From contig NW_024704743.1 in assembly GCF_018977255.1 (NCBI RefSeq), positions 25,360,001 through 25,424,000 on the forward strand: a DNA stretch of 64,000 bases. The letters are read 5' to 3'. Every line of letters begins with the position of its first letter. The stretch's first letter is position 1. The translations under genes and the position numbers were made by a program. Shown piece by piece: positions 24,066 through 37,430 of the stretch. The notes below the pieces were generated by a model, which worked only from the letters and a program-made list of their open reading frames with translations, made no database searches and was not told where the DNA came from. Origin of the DNA: Callorhinchus milii (Eukaryota).

Positions 24066-25777
24066 ACTCTTCATATGTGAGCTTTGACAATGAGTATCCA
24101 CAGACATTTCATCCAATGGTGTGAGGAGAGGGAAATATCAGATTTGCCATGGTTGAGATCCATTGCTTCAGCGCAGATCAGGTACTGTATCTAAGATGTT
24201 GCTGGTCTGCATGCTTCAGTGCTACTGGGTTTCACTGAGTCACTGGGGTGAGGAGCTCCCCAGTGATGAGCCATGTGAATTCACAATGTACGGACAGAAT
24301 CTAATCCCTCACTTATAATCACCATCACTTTGGGCATTGAAAAAGTACAACATTTCACTGCTGTCAGTTTGGGTTATAACTTTAGATTCCTATGAAGTTA
24401 CATTACATGGATTTTGCAAAGAAAATAATACAAGGGTGAAATAACACATCATAAACACATTTTTAAGATTAAAGTATAACATGTCACCAGGGACCTTTGA
24501 CTGGCTCTCTTTAATCCTATTTAAGAATATTTTGAGTTATAAATTGATTGCAAATGTTTTTCCTTGTCAGCTGTATAAGTTCCCAGGTCCTAGAAAACGC
24601 CGGTCACAGAGTCCACCTGTGTGCACGACGGTGAAGGGTCAGCAGTTTGTCAAGAACCTGAACTTTGAGACTACTTTGTTCTCAGAAACTTGCTATACTG
24701 AGGGAAGAGAATAAGAAGGCAGACAATACACAGTAACAGCTCGAGCACAGAAGGCGGGCTGAAACTTTCTCTGTCTGCGGTGTGGGAGCCTATGGCACCA
24801 TCGTACATACACTGCTGTCTGGCACTGGTCCGGTTTAGTAATAGATGCAATGTGACGGAAACACAAGCACATTGTTTGGCCACCGGGAAGAGAATGCAGC
24901 CCTTGAGATCCCAGCTACAGCATGGCAGAGAATTTTTCCATTCTTTGTCTACTTGAAACTGAAATTATTGGAGTGGTACAAGTTGCCTCTGTGGTCATAG
25001 GTCCAGGAGAGCTTCATTAACATGCCCAGATAGATCCTTTCCTCTCCCTCTCAGACGATAATAAGGAAGAAACAAACTCCCATTGGATAACATGGCAATT
25101 ACTGAAAATTCTTGGCAGGAAAGAGTTACAATCAGCCGGGTAACCTCCTGGCAGCTGTAAACAGTAATAGTTTTCTGATGGATGGATTATTGGCAGTTTA
25201 GTAGTTAATCCTTCATTATGGCAATCACTTCCAGGATTCCTGTAGCATGCGGTGTGAATTCTTATGGTGTGGTCAGATACACATTTAGATGCCTATAATA
25301 CAAAACGTTACATCCTTGAGGCTGTTTGGCATAGAATTTCGTCAGATTGGGCTGAATAATCATAAATGTGTTGGTGTTCTTTATTTGGTAAAGGATTTTT
25401 TTTAAAAAATGTAAATGCGCTATATGAACCATTGGAAAGTGTTTTTTTAATCCGTGATCCCAGTTTCATTTGAAATTACATTGGGTCATTTTGCAGCTGT
25501 ACTAAAATCAACAGCACTTGACTGAGAAGCAAAGGGCTTCCATGTGGAAGTGACATTAGCTTAAAGGGCAAGTCCATTCCAATTATAACACATGGAAAAA
25601 CTGGAAGATCACTTACAATTATTGGGCTTGTTATTGCTTTTGAACTGTGCCCAGGGCTTTGCATTCTATCATTTCCTGCTTCAGGAATAACCCACCAAAT
25701 GCAAACCTGAGTTGTATTTACTTAAAAAAACTCTACATTTTTCGATTGACAAAATAAAAGTTGTTTTAAAAGCTTAA

Positions 25778-26300
25778 AAACAACAGATGACATTTGTATA
25801 GTGGCTTTCACGATGGGAGGACATCCCAAGATGCTGGACAATCCAAAAGGGATTTGGACCCGAGCTGGAGATTGGGATCAGGAGAGGTGGAGGACAAGGA
25901 GGGTACTTGGAGGAGTGTCTTGAGACGTGCCTTAAAGAAGGCAAGGGAGAGAGCAAGTTGAAGGCACTGTGGGATGGAGTTCCAAAGGGTGGGGGCAGAG
26001 AGATTGAAGGCCTGACCGCCGATGGTGGGGCGGGCCGGCTCGGGGACATGGAGCAGGCTGGATCCTGTTAAGTGGAGGGAGCAGACAGGTCAATATGGGG
26101 TTAGCAGGTCACAGAGGTAGGAAGGAGCAAGGCCAATTTTGAACTCTATCCTCTGGGAGATTGGGAGCCAGTGGAGCCAGGGGAGGGTGGGGGCGATGGG
26201 GTCACGGAGCCTGGTGCAGGAGAGGATACGAACTGCAGAGTTCTGGCTGATCTGCTGCTTGTGGAGGGAAGAATTGGGAAAGCTGACAAGCAGGGAGTTT
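25778..26300 (-). mobile_element. L2 LINE 3' fragment
   Basis: Tail AAACAACAGATGACATTTGTATAG in reverse; collinear with the 7350 and 26520 copies. Confidence 0.85.
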
Positions 26301-26519
26301 GTAATGAAATAATTTTAATAATGGGGTCAAAAATTGTAGCATTGTTAAAAAGTCTGTTTCTTATTTAGCAAACAAGTCTAAAATGTGTTTTGAAATCCCT
26401 TCCCTTCCTACTCTCCACAACCTCTGAATTTTGGCAGTACCCAAAATAGGCTGAAAGCCCTGGAGACTACAATCATCAATTCCAGGTTATCAGGGATCAT
26501 ATTCGAGTTCTGAAAACAG

Positions 26520-27290
26520 CTTGGGAGGGTGGGGGACGGGGGGGAATAAGGATGATCAAAAGCATGGTCGAAGAGGAGGGTCTTGAGATGGGTCTTGAAG
26601 GGGGCAAGGAAGGGGGCGAGGAGGAGGGACTTTGAAGTTCTAGAGGGTGGGGCAGAGTGGCTGAAGGCCTGCTGCCAATGGTGGGGTGAGCGAGGCGGGG
26701 GATGTGAAGCAGGCTGGAGCCGGCTGAGCAAATGGAGTGGGCAGCTTGGTAGGGGGTTAGGAGGTTGCAGAGGTAAGGGGGAGCGAGGCCATGGAGGGCT
26801 TTGGAAGTGAGGACCAGGATCTTGAACTGTATCCTCTATGTGATGGACAGCCAGTGGAGTCGGGCGAGGATGAGGGTGATAGGGTCGCGGAGCCTAGTGC
26901 GGGAGAGGACATGAGCTGCAGAGTTCTGGATGATCTGCAGTCTATGGAGGGAGGAGTTGGGGAGGTTGACAAGCAGGGAGTTTGCATAGTCAAACCTGGA
27001 CATTATGAATGGGTGTATGAGGGTTTTGGCGATCTTGTGGTGTGACACAGTGGTGAAGCTGAGCGATGTTGTGGAGGTGGGGAAGGCAGAGTAGTCATGG
27101 CATGGATGTGGTGTAGAAAGGATAGTTAAGGGTCAAACAAGATGCCAAGATTCCGGACTGCCTTAGTAAGGTGGAGTGTGCATTCATGGATGGTGATGCT
27201 GTCAGAGCCTGAGGTGTAGATGCACTGACGGGAGCCAATCAGGAGGGCCTCGTTCTTGTTGACGTTCAACTGAAGAAAGTTAGCTCTCAT
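26520..27290 (-). mobile_element. L2 LINE ORF2 C-terminal fragment
   Basis: ORF AKTLIHPFIMSRFDYANSLLVNLPNSSLHRLQIIQNSAAHVLSRTRLRDPITLILARLHWL; FKTHLKTLLF. Confidence 0.92.
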
Positions 27291-27539
27291 CCAAACTGGA
27301 TCCATAGAAATGTTTGCCCCTGACGGAAATTGACAAGGACCATGACCCCAATATCTTCTTCACCACAAAGGAAATTCCTAGCCATGACTGTGAGTAAGAA
27401 AGAGCAAATAAACAACAGGATGCAGAAACAACAACAACAACTTGCATTTATATAGCAAACTTCATGCGGGGTAGTGCCTTGGGTCACTTAAAATGCTGGA
27501 CTATACTGCCAAATCAGTTAAACCCCAGATGTCATACAC

Positions 27540-28015
27540 AGGTGTACATTGCTCTGGTCAGTACCTAGAGTACTGCATACAGTTCTAGTCACTGTGACAT
27601 AAAGGGGCTGCCTAGGCCCTAGAGAAAATGCAGAGGAAAGCAATGAGGATGATCCCCACTGTTAGCAGAATGAATTATGAGCAACAATTAGCCAAAATAG
27701 GGCTTTCCAGAATTTCGAGAAGGTGGGTCAGAGGGGAACTAATAGAGGTGAACACAATTTCAAGTAGGTTTGAAAAAGTAAATCCAGATCAATACTTCAG
27801 GATGCACCAAGACAGTAGAACAAGGTTTAGAGTTTTAAAGGGTAATTTCAGGACAGATCCCAGGAAGTTTTTTCTTAATGCAGAACATAATTAATGACTG
27901 AAACAGGTTGCCAGGAAGAGCAGTTGAGGCTAGGGCACTGGGTTCATTTAAAGAGCAGCTTGATGCTGTAATGAGGGAACGATGGGGTAGATGTTCTGGA
28001 AGGATGAGATCAGAT
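27540..28015 (+). mobile_element. CR1 LINE 3' fragment
   Basis: LEYCIQF, QRKAMRMIP, RRWVRGELIEV and KGNFRTDPRKFF motifs. Confidence 0.85.
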
Positions 28016-29689
28016 CATGCAACCCAATCCAAGGCATTGGTACCTAAACAATGAAAATGACCAACAAGAAGCAGCAATGCTTTAATAGTGGCTAAGAAAT
28101 GATATTGCCGATAAATCTGACACACTTCATAATAGATATGACTTGAACACATGTGACAGCTGAAGATTAAGGATGATTTTTGGCTCATGAGCAAAGTAAG
28201 AGATGGGAGGAACTGCTTCCACCATGTAATTAACGGAAAAGGAGACCTGAGGTGTAAGCCGAGATCTCATTAGTGTCCCAGCTTGCAATGTGGAGTGAGG
28301 TAAACAAGATTCCCTGCAGAAAGCAGAGTTCACTTCTAGGGTACCTTTTCTGGAGTTCATGCTGTTTAGCTGCTTAATCAAGCCCATAGGATTTGATTAA
28401 GTCACCTTCATGAAAACATACGTTGTTTTATGAAGACGACTTAATCGTCACAGAAATGGACGATGGTTTTGTTTGAGTTTAGAAATGCTTTGTGCGATAT
28501 CAGTGCAATACGTTGGTTCTGAGATTGTGCCTTAAGTAAATGCTTCACTACTCCAGCTGGTTAATGGCTCGTTCTGACGCCCCCATTAAACAAGGGGCTT
28601 CTGCAGCCCAAATATAAAGTTGGGTAATTAAGCTGAAGTCTGTCTTGCAGTGATAGTCTTTAGCCCTCGCAGATCGAGGGGTTAGAATCTGACAGAAGAA
28701 CAGCTCAGTGACTGAGATGGAGATGAATGTATGAAGCCTCTGAAATTTTTGGAATGACTTCCAAGACAAGCAACCTAAGTATACAGTCAATTCACTTTAC
28801 AGTATATTTTGTGAAGCGCTTTGAGATGTCTAGAAGACGTGAAAAGTGCTTTATCAAATGCAAGGATTATTATTATTATCACGCGAGCTGCCAATCTGGA
28901 AAAATATCCTGCACACAGCTGCAAAGTCCCTTATGGCCTGCAGTGTTTGCTTGTGGCCAAAAACCTCAAGGAAGGAGGATGTGTTATGAGCAGCTGTCAC
29001 CATAGCCATTTTACACAGGAGAGAAAAAAAGTGGTTTGTGTGAATTGTTTAATGGGAAACTAATAAATCCAGATATTAGCTTTAAGGTACATTTTGGTTC
29101 AGGTAAGATGTCATTCTTCAAATGTAGCCAATTTTTTGCTTGGAACGCAAACAAATGTTTTAAGTCTCCTGAAACATGTTGGCAGAATGGAAAAAGGTTA
29201 ATTATCCGCAGCATTTTCAATGCAAAAGACTGATGATTTGATCAATTCACAGCTCAGGGGCCTGACTGTCTGGATAATAGATCTTTCACATCTTACCAAG
29301 TCTAGCAGTGCAGAATGGCAATAGAGAGAAGTGAAATTCACCCACAGGAAAGTTTAAGGGGCAACCAAGTCTTAATGAAAGGCCAACCTGTTTCTCTCTG
29401 GTGCTTGTAGCAATTGGCAATCGAATGATGTCAAAGGAGAAAGACTTGGAAGTTAACCACAAAGTTCTGAATACCTAATCCAATTTTTTCTTTATTACAA
29501 GAGGCTCCAGTAGAATTGGCAAAACAGTGTCCATCACAGCCTGAAACTGAACAGAAAACACCTAGGAAACACAGAGCGGAAATGACCATTATTGGACTGT
29601 TCCCCTGGTCTGGGATAAAATGTGTAATAATAGTATCTATCAAAGGAAGAGAGAAAAATGAAGTGACCTCCACTTATTCTGAATGTTCC

Positions 29690-30300
29690 ATAATATCCCC
29701 AAACTACCTCCCAATTTCATTCCTAAATGGTCTAGCTCTAAATTTAAAATGTAATTTTAAGACTTTTACCCCCTTGTTTTGGATTCCCCCACCAGATGAA
29801 ATAGTTTCTCTCTATCTACCCCATCGAATCCCTTTATTATTTTAAAAACTTCAGTCAGATCACCTCTCAACCTTCTAAACTCAAGGAAATAGAGACCAAA
29901 TTTATGCAACCCATTCTCATAATTAACCCTTTAAGCCCTGGTATAATTCTGGTGAATCTGCATTGTACCCCCTCCAGAGCCAATATATCCTTCCTGAGAT
30001 GTGGTGTCCAAACTGAACACAGTGCTCCAGATGAGGTGTGACCAAAGCTCTATACAGTTGAAGCATAATTTCCACTTCTTTATATTCTAGCCCCGTTGAG
30101 ATAAAGTCCAACATCCTTTAATAACATTTTGTACCTGTGAGCTTGTTTTTAAGAATTCGTGTACGCGGACAACAAAATCCCTTTGCTCCTCCACGATTCT
30201 TAGTTTCTCACAATTCAGAAAATATTCTGTTTCGCTATTTATGGATTCATAGTGGTTGACCTCACACTTCCCCACATTGAATTCCATCTACCACAGTTTT
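29690..30300 (-). mobile_element. CR1 LINE ORF2 fragment
   Basis: MEFNVGKCEV, EQRDFVVRVH and GLEYKEVEIMLQLYRALVTPHLEHCVQF motifs. Confidence 0.92.
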
Positions 30301-30377
30301 CCCCTTATGGCAACAGTGTTAAGGGATATATTTGGCATTTGACACACATTTTGCCAGATTTATATGGATTTATACAT

Positions 30378-30620
30378 AACAGTCGTAGATTGAGTGACCA
30401 AATTATTATTTTTTTATTATTATTTTATTTATTTATTTTGAAGAGAATATTACCCCGGGAAAGCAATCCGCCAATTGACTAACAACCGGGTTCTTACTGC
30501 TAGGTAAACAGAGGCGCATGGAATAAGGAAACCTGCCCAATGTTTCGCTCTATCTGGGAATCAAACCCAGGTCCGCTCACTTGGAAGGCTAGTGCTCTAA
30601 CCACTAAGCTACAGGACTCC
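30378..30620 (-). mobile_element. tRNA SINE, long form (5' half)
   Basis: GGAGTCCTGTAGCTTAGTGG head plus extra CCTCTGTTTACCTAGCAGTAAG segment. Confidence 0.85.
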
Positions 30621-31195
30621 GCTATAATATGAGAGTAGATGCAATAATATTAATCTCAACACCCATTGTAGCTGTAAAACATGTTCTTGGAGACACTATT
30701 GTAACTGGACATTTATTCTTTCAACATGTACAAAGCACCTTCAGCTAAGAATTTGGGTTGGTCATTGTGTTTTTGAGAGTAATCATTATACTTGCTTCCT
30801 TGAGAGAGATCTTTAAAGAAAACACCTTTTCTGCCTTACAAATATAGCTGTGGCATTTAATGAGTCAACTAGTCTATTGTAAACAAAATATAATGGACTC
30901 CACAAAGAGGAGTCCCACATTAGGGTCTGATATGCAGGATGGGGTCTCCTTACTTAGAGTGGAGTAATCGGAAGTATGTCATACCCACCACAGTAACTCT
31001 AGTCTAAAAGTAGATTGCTTCAGAAAAATGTCCCTCTGGTTAATGTAATGCACTTCCAGTTTTGCTACAGGTAATTGTTTTGTCCTTTATTAAAGTGCAG
31101 GCCAGGGTGTAATGTACAGAAAAGCTCTGGTATTATAATTACATTTGATTTTGCCTTCCAAATGTAACTCCATTCCTTCACTTTAACACAAGATT

Positions 31196-31458
31196 GGATA
31201 TTATCACTAGTGGAGTTGAAAACATGGTATGGTCTATGCAACAGGATTTATGAAAGATTCATAAATATGCAATCCTGGTAACCAGATGCGCATCACACTG
31301 ACTTGCAGGAATTGTGCTCAGATGCAATCTCCTTCAATGCTCGCTGAAACGGAGTTCCTGTGAGTTGCTCTTTGATGCACATCTGGTGATCGGCAGGATT
31401 CAATATTTACTAATCCTGTTGTGACTCACGTGTTTTGGACTCTCTGGTATCACCCAGC
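31196..31458. repeat. Degenerate ~260-bp palindrome (old MITE-like element)
   Basis: Nested inverted blocks: CAACAGGATT (31239) / AATCCTGTTG (31412), and ACCAGATGCGCATCA (31281) / TGATGCACATCTGGT (31373). Confidence 0.7.
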
Positions 31459-31544
31459 TCAAGAAGTGCTTTCCACCAGTATCTTTACGATATCAAAGCA
31501 AATTTACTAACACGAAGATTGTTGCTGTGAATATACCGTACAGG

Positions 31545-31850
31545 GCCAATCGAGTGTCTGACACTGGCGGAAACCCATCACCATGTTTAAGAATATCCAA
31601 ACCAAACTGAGATTTCCCTGCATCCATCCTCTCCCTGAAGGGAGGCATCTTGCTTAAACTAATTCCGGAAAGTATTATGCGCAGCTTAGCAAGAGCCAAG
31701 ACTTGGGGACCCCAGAGTGTGCATTGGGCCCTGCTGTAGTCTAACCAGTTAATACTGCATAGTTTGCCACTGAAAACACTGTTGGTAAGCTTTTCCACTG
31801 CTTGTCCAGCTAGGACCCCATTACCCGTTAGGACTTTGGCTTGCAGAGAT
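31545..31850. repeat. Unclassified interspersed repeat, copy c
   Basis: GTGTCTGACAC, AAACCCATCACCATG, CCAAACCAAACTGAGA, GCAAGAGCCAAG, GGGGACCCCAGAGTGTG blocks. Confidence 0.75.
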
Positions 31851-32697
31851 TATTATATTTTGACAAGTTGTTTATTTCTGATCAGTCAATGACACAACAG
31901 TTGAGGACATGTTGACATACTGTGGGTGTGAGGTCTGTGGATCAGGATCTTCGTTTTCTTTGCTAAGGCTGCACAGGCAGGAGCTTAACATCCTTTAAGG
32001 CCTGAACACATTCGAGCTTTATTTGCTCACAGGATGCAGTGCATCAAGGAGGATCGAGTCTGAATGTGCTTTGCGGAGAAGTTAATATTTGCATATTAAC
32101 CATCTTATGTGGTTTTAATTTAAAAATCAGAGAATTTGTGACTTGGTAACAGAGAATGACTTGTCTGTATCAGCCATTGTTATCACAGACCGAGCGATTG
32201 TAATTAAGCAGATGGACACTATTAGGAAATTAGGAAGTGGCCTCCGATTACAGGCTGGAAGCAGAGTTACCGGTGACCTTTGTGACTGAGGCTGTCGCAG
32301 GTACAGGTCTGTCTCTCTCTCCCTCTCACTAATCCATCTACATCAGTTGAGCCTTTCTCTGCTAAACTGTGCAGCTCCATTAAATTGTTTCCGTCCCCCA
32401 TATAACCTCCATCAGATGTGAACATGGCTAAACTTGTTAAAGTAAAATATCTGTAAATTCCAAACTCTTTTCTTGGTTCATTTTATTAGGTTTGCGTTGA
32501 TTTGCTACTGCAGCAATTAATATCTTTTGTTTTTTAAAAATATATGTTTGCTCACCGTTGCTTATATGAATAGCTATATTTACACGCAACCGATATCGGT
32601 TGTGGACTGAAAGATAGAAAGAACTACTCCAGCAATCTTTATTCTGTTTATTTCCAACGTCTCCAGCACACATGTCCACTGATCAGCATGGGTTTCA

Positions 32698-33122
32698 TAA
32701 TAATATAATAATAATCATTGCATTTGATATAGCGCATATCACATTGTTGAAATGTCTCAAAGTGCTTCACAGAATATATTGTAAAGTGGATTGACTGTTT
32801 ATCTTGTGGGCGACAGTGGCACAGTGGTATAACAGTTGAAGACACAAGCTGACAAGACCAACACACTGTGGGTATGAGTTCTGTGGGTCAGAATCTTCTT
32901 TTGCTTTGCAATGTCCCACAAACAGTTATGGATTGAGTGAACATATTTTCTTTGAGGAAAGCGATCCACCAGTCGACTAACAACTAGGTTCCTACTTACT
33001 GCTAGGTAAACAGAAGCGTGTGGAGTAAAGAAACTTGCCTACTAATGTTTCACCCCACCCGGGAATCAAACCTGGATACTTTGGCTTGCGAGGCGAACGC
33101 GCTAACCACCATGTCACAGGAC
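32698..33122 (-). mobile_element. tRNA SINE, long form, interrupted at ~32815-32907
   Basis: Tail at 32698-32812; body resumes at GCAATGTCCCACAAAC; head ends near 33122. Confidence 0.8.
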
Positions 33123-33134
33123 GTTTAGTTAGAT

Positions 33135-33680
33135 GTGTACTGCGTACAGTTCTGGTCGCTGCAGTACAAAAAGGAAATGGGAGAAATTGAGGGGTTACAG
33201 AGGAAGATAACCAAAATGAATGAGCGAATGGAGGGACTGGACTAGAAAGAGACTAAGTAAATTGGGCTTTTTCACCCTAGAAAAGAGAAGATTGAGAGGA
33301 GATATGATTGCTATCTTTAAGATTCTAAAAGGGCAAGACAATATAGATCATGCCAGGCTGTTTCAACAAGTCCAGAATAGCAAAACCAGAAGACACGGCC
33401 TGCGATTGAAGAGGGATAAATTCAGAATGAATCTATGGAAACACTATTTCAGTGAGCTGATCGTGAAACTGTGGAACAGACTCTTCAGGGGGACAGTTGA
33501 AGCAGGAAATGTCGATTCCTTCAAACACAGATTAGATAGTTGTCTTTTAGGAAATAACATAATGGGATATAGTACTTAGGTAGTTCGGGACATGTGTGCA
33601 ACCGCCAGGAAGGTTGAAGGTGAACTGGATGGACCTTGGTCGCTTTTCGTCTAGCATTTCTTATGTTCTTATGATCTTAT
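33135..33680 (+). mobile_element. CR1 LINE 3' fragment with open ORF2 C-terminus
   Basis: RLSKLGFFTLEKRRLRGDMIAIFKILKG...TRRHGLRL...WNRL; (TTCTTATG)n tail. Confidence 0.93.
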
Positions 33681-34780
33681 GATGTTTCCCCATCATAAGT
33701 GCCTGTTAGCAATGTTGATAATTTTACTAGCTAGTGGAATTCCTGATTATTGTAATTGGACCATGTTTTACAATATGACCCCAGCCAGGGCCCTTGTGGT
33801 AAAAAAACATTGTTTAATGGAAAGAAATGGGTTCACTCAGTGCAGCCTGGCATTAAAGGCTCTCTGTGCTGCGAAGGGTCAATTGGCATTAAAAAGGGAT
33901 GTCACAAATTTACGAGATCTTACCAAGGTAACGATGAGGTACCATTTTTGAGAATGTTTGAACATGCTTGCACTTTTATTGAACCTGACTCAATTAGTTT
34001 AAATTGCTTCTGAATGCATTCTGGTGCTACATTTGTATGGACTCCTTTTTTATGGGTATATTGGGAGTGCATAAAAGCAACACTGGAAGCAAAATTGAAA
34101 TGAATTTATGATTGCACTGCTGTTGTTAACATTATACACCAGCCTTGCGAACATCAGGCATAGGGTCTCACTTACTGACTTACTTACCAAAAACATGTTG
34201 GAATTTCAAACCCGTGCTCAGTTGTTTCATCTCTTGTGGGTGGGGGGCTTTCGGAGGGGGTGGGGAAGGAGGAATAATGGCATCTGCACTAGAAGCATTT
34301 CCACTGACCGCACTACACTGAGCTAGAGAGGAAAAGCACATTCATGCTTTCTCCTCCTGATAATTAACCATGGCCCAGTCTGAAAAGCGAGTTGACAAAA
34401 TAATAATAATAATAATAATCCTTACATTTAATAGAGCACCTTTCACATCCCGAGGATGTCCCAAAGTACTTCACAGGATACACTGCAAAGTGCAGTGACT
34501 GAACATTTTATGGGCTAGATTTGGTGAAGGCAGGATCAATGCCATGAGAGACTGTGAGACCTTCAACGATTAGTATCATCCTCCCACGCCCCTTCCCTCC
34601 TCACCCAAAACTAATGTATGATGAAGGCTGCAGATCAATAGTCCACATACCCTGTCTATTTTGTTCTCCGGCCAATTCTGCGCAAGGGATTCAGGAATTG
34701 CTGACCCCAGTCCAGGCGAGAAGGCTCAAATGAGCTTTTCTGACCTCTTTCTCTAGATCCCACTAGTGGGAACATATTAG

Positions 34781-35143
34781 TAATAATAATACTAATCCTT
34801 GCATTTGATACAGTGCCTTATCATGTCTTCAAGACATCTCAAAGCGCTTCACAGAATATGCTATAAAGTGAATTGACTATATTTTGTGGGCAATTGCGCA
34901 CAACAGTGTCCCACAAACAGTCGTGGATTGAGTGACCAAATTATTGTAATTATAATTTTTTTTGTGGAGGGATTATTACCCTCATGAAAGCAATCCACCA
35001 ACTGACTAGCAACCAGGTTGCTACTTACTGCTAGGTAAACAGAGGTGTGTGGAGTAAGGAAACTTGCCCAGGGTTTTGCCCTGCTGGGAATCGAACCCAG
35101 GTCTCTTGCTTGCGAGCCAAGCACTCTAATCACTGAGCTACAG
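34781..35143 (-). mobile_element. tRNA SINE, long form, near full length
   Basis: CCTGTAGCTCAGTGATTAGAGTGC head, B box GGTTCGATTCC, long internal segment, (TTA)n tail. Confidence 0.9.
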
Positions 35144-37065
35144 GAGAAAACACATAGTAGGGTCGAGTTTGCGATATTTGCAAAAATCAGTGGGGTCTAA
35201 TTTGACCTTCACTCCTGGGGGCCCAGCACTTCCGAATGGTGTCAAAGTGAGAAAAGGCTCATAGAGCAAAACAGATGCCACAGATATTCACCTGCAAGAT
35301 ACACAGTCACTAGACACTGCACAATAAATCTGAGCCACACTTTGTGATGTCCTCTCAACATATGCAAGGATTATTATTTGTTCTATTTTTCATTATGTTA
35401 GCTCACTCCCCGTTGTCATCACATATCTTGATGGCTTTGTGGGCGAAGGATTGTGTTTGTGGCACTGATGGATTAATGTTGACTGTGATCGGTACAGTGT
35501 TTGATGTGATAATTAGCAACAGTTATATTTATCATATCGCACACATTTCTCCCATCAGTAAAGTACTACAATTAGTAAGATGGGTAAATTTACCATCTCG
35601 CAGAGAGTCGGACATAATCACCAAACTATACAGGTCACCCTCAGTATGTATACTGACAAATCAGCCACTTGCTATCTACTTGTGAAATTCAAAATGTTTT
35701 CTGTGACGTCTTAGGCATGCTCAATGTGCAAACATTTAAATAATTATTAAGAGATGAACCTCTGGAAAGTTTGCACGTGCTTGCTCTAAATCAAGTCGTT
35801 TGTCCATCTTTTATAAGTGTCCACATACCGATCGTGTTTGGAACTCCAACCTCAGCTGCTGACAATAAGACCTAATCACACACAATCTTGCAATGTGGTG
35901 GGCAAAATGTTACAAGAGTAATACTGTAATTGCAAACCAGTAATTTGCGTAATAATCCATCTGGCAATGTCAAGTACTGGCACTGCTCATTACTAAGCTG
36001 ATGACTGCCGTTTGTGTAGGACGTGTAGTGTATCTGTCTGTGTAGGTCTAGTGTATGTCTGTCTGTCTTCATAGGTCTTGTGTATCTGCCTGTGTATTTC
36101 TGATGCATTTCTGATAGCATTGGACATTTTAAGTAAAGATAGACAAAATCGTTCTCAACAAACTACTGTAAGCTCATTTGAATCCTGCATTTGTTCTGCA
36201 AATAAGAGGGTTTGACCCAGTTGCTTGCCTCCCAGAAGGAATTGCCAGTGCCAGGAACATGGAAGTAATGCAGAGGCTTATGGAGACAGGACAGGCAAAT
36301 CAGCTTCTTTCATGTCCTGCTGGTGTTCTCTCTGTATGCTATGAAAAGGCAATAGCTATCCAAGCTCAGTAGTATCTGCTCTTAAAATAGTATTGAACCA
36401 ACCCTGAATTAAGGGTATGAAATATGAGTCTTGGAGTGCACTGGTGGTGGAAAGCCTGTTCCCCCTCCCTGCCCCCTGGTCATGTATTCATCTTCCTCCT
36501 CACAGATCACAGGTTTTTGATAGCTGGTTAGCAGGATGGTGGCTTTACACTGAGTTTTAGTAAAAGTGCAATCTTGCTAACCTGCACTCAGACACACAGC
36601 CCAGCTTCAGAATGATGGCCTTGAGAATGGAGTGTGGGAAAGTCTTGAGTAATTCATATTCAATATCTAAGCAAACTCTTATTATAGTCACAGGTTAGAC
36701 CTCAAAGCTGCAATTATAAGGACATTTTGAACACGTATTTATTTTAGATTTCTTCCCCTCCACACCCACCTCGGTGCATTTGTTTCTAAATTGCAGGTCA
36801 TTTTTAAAAATCATAAACTAACAAGCGGCAGATGCACTCCCCTGAGCTTATAGGTACTGTACCCTATGTCTGTTCAAGGTGATAATAATAATCCTTGCAT
36901 TTGATATAGCGCTTTTCACGTCTTCTAGACGTCTCAAAGCGCTTCACAGAATATACTGTAAAGTAAATTGACTGTATATTTGTGGGCGAAATGCGGCAGC
37001 CAATTGGGCACAGACAAACAATTGTGGGACATTTGTAATATGGGGAGATTTGATAAGGTTAATAA

Positions 37066-37430
37066 GAAAAACAAAATGACATTTATAGAGCGCCTTTCAC
37101 GTCGGGAGGACGTTCCAGAGCGCTGAACAGTCAGGTGTCGGGGCCCGAGCGTGGGGGGGGGGGGGTGGGGGGTGGTGTAGGGGTGAGGGAAGGCAGAAAG
37201 ATGGGAGGGAGAGACCAAAGGCACGATCGAAGAGAAGGGTCTTGAAACCGGCCTTGAAGGATGCAAGGGAGGAAGCGAGGCAAAGGGACCGTGGGATGGA
37301 ATTCCAGAGTGTGGGGGCAGAGAGGCTGAAAGCCCGGCCACCGATGGTACGGTGGGTCAGGAGGAAGACATGGAGCAGGCCGGAGCCCGCTGAACGGAGG
37401 GAACGGACAGGTTGGTAGGGAGGTTAACAT
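37066..37430 (-). mobile_element. Young L2 LINE 3' fragment
   Basis: CpG-rich; FKAGFKTLLFD-type end and GGAACGTCCTCCCGACGTGAAAGGCGCTCTATAAATG tail. Confidence 0.88.

Noticed and set aside
29475..29540. 66-nt minus-strand exon candidate
   Set aside because: Weak donor, unrecognisable peptide, no supporting partner exons.
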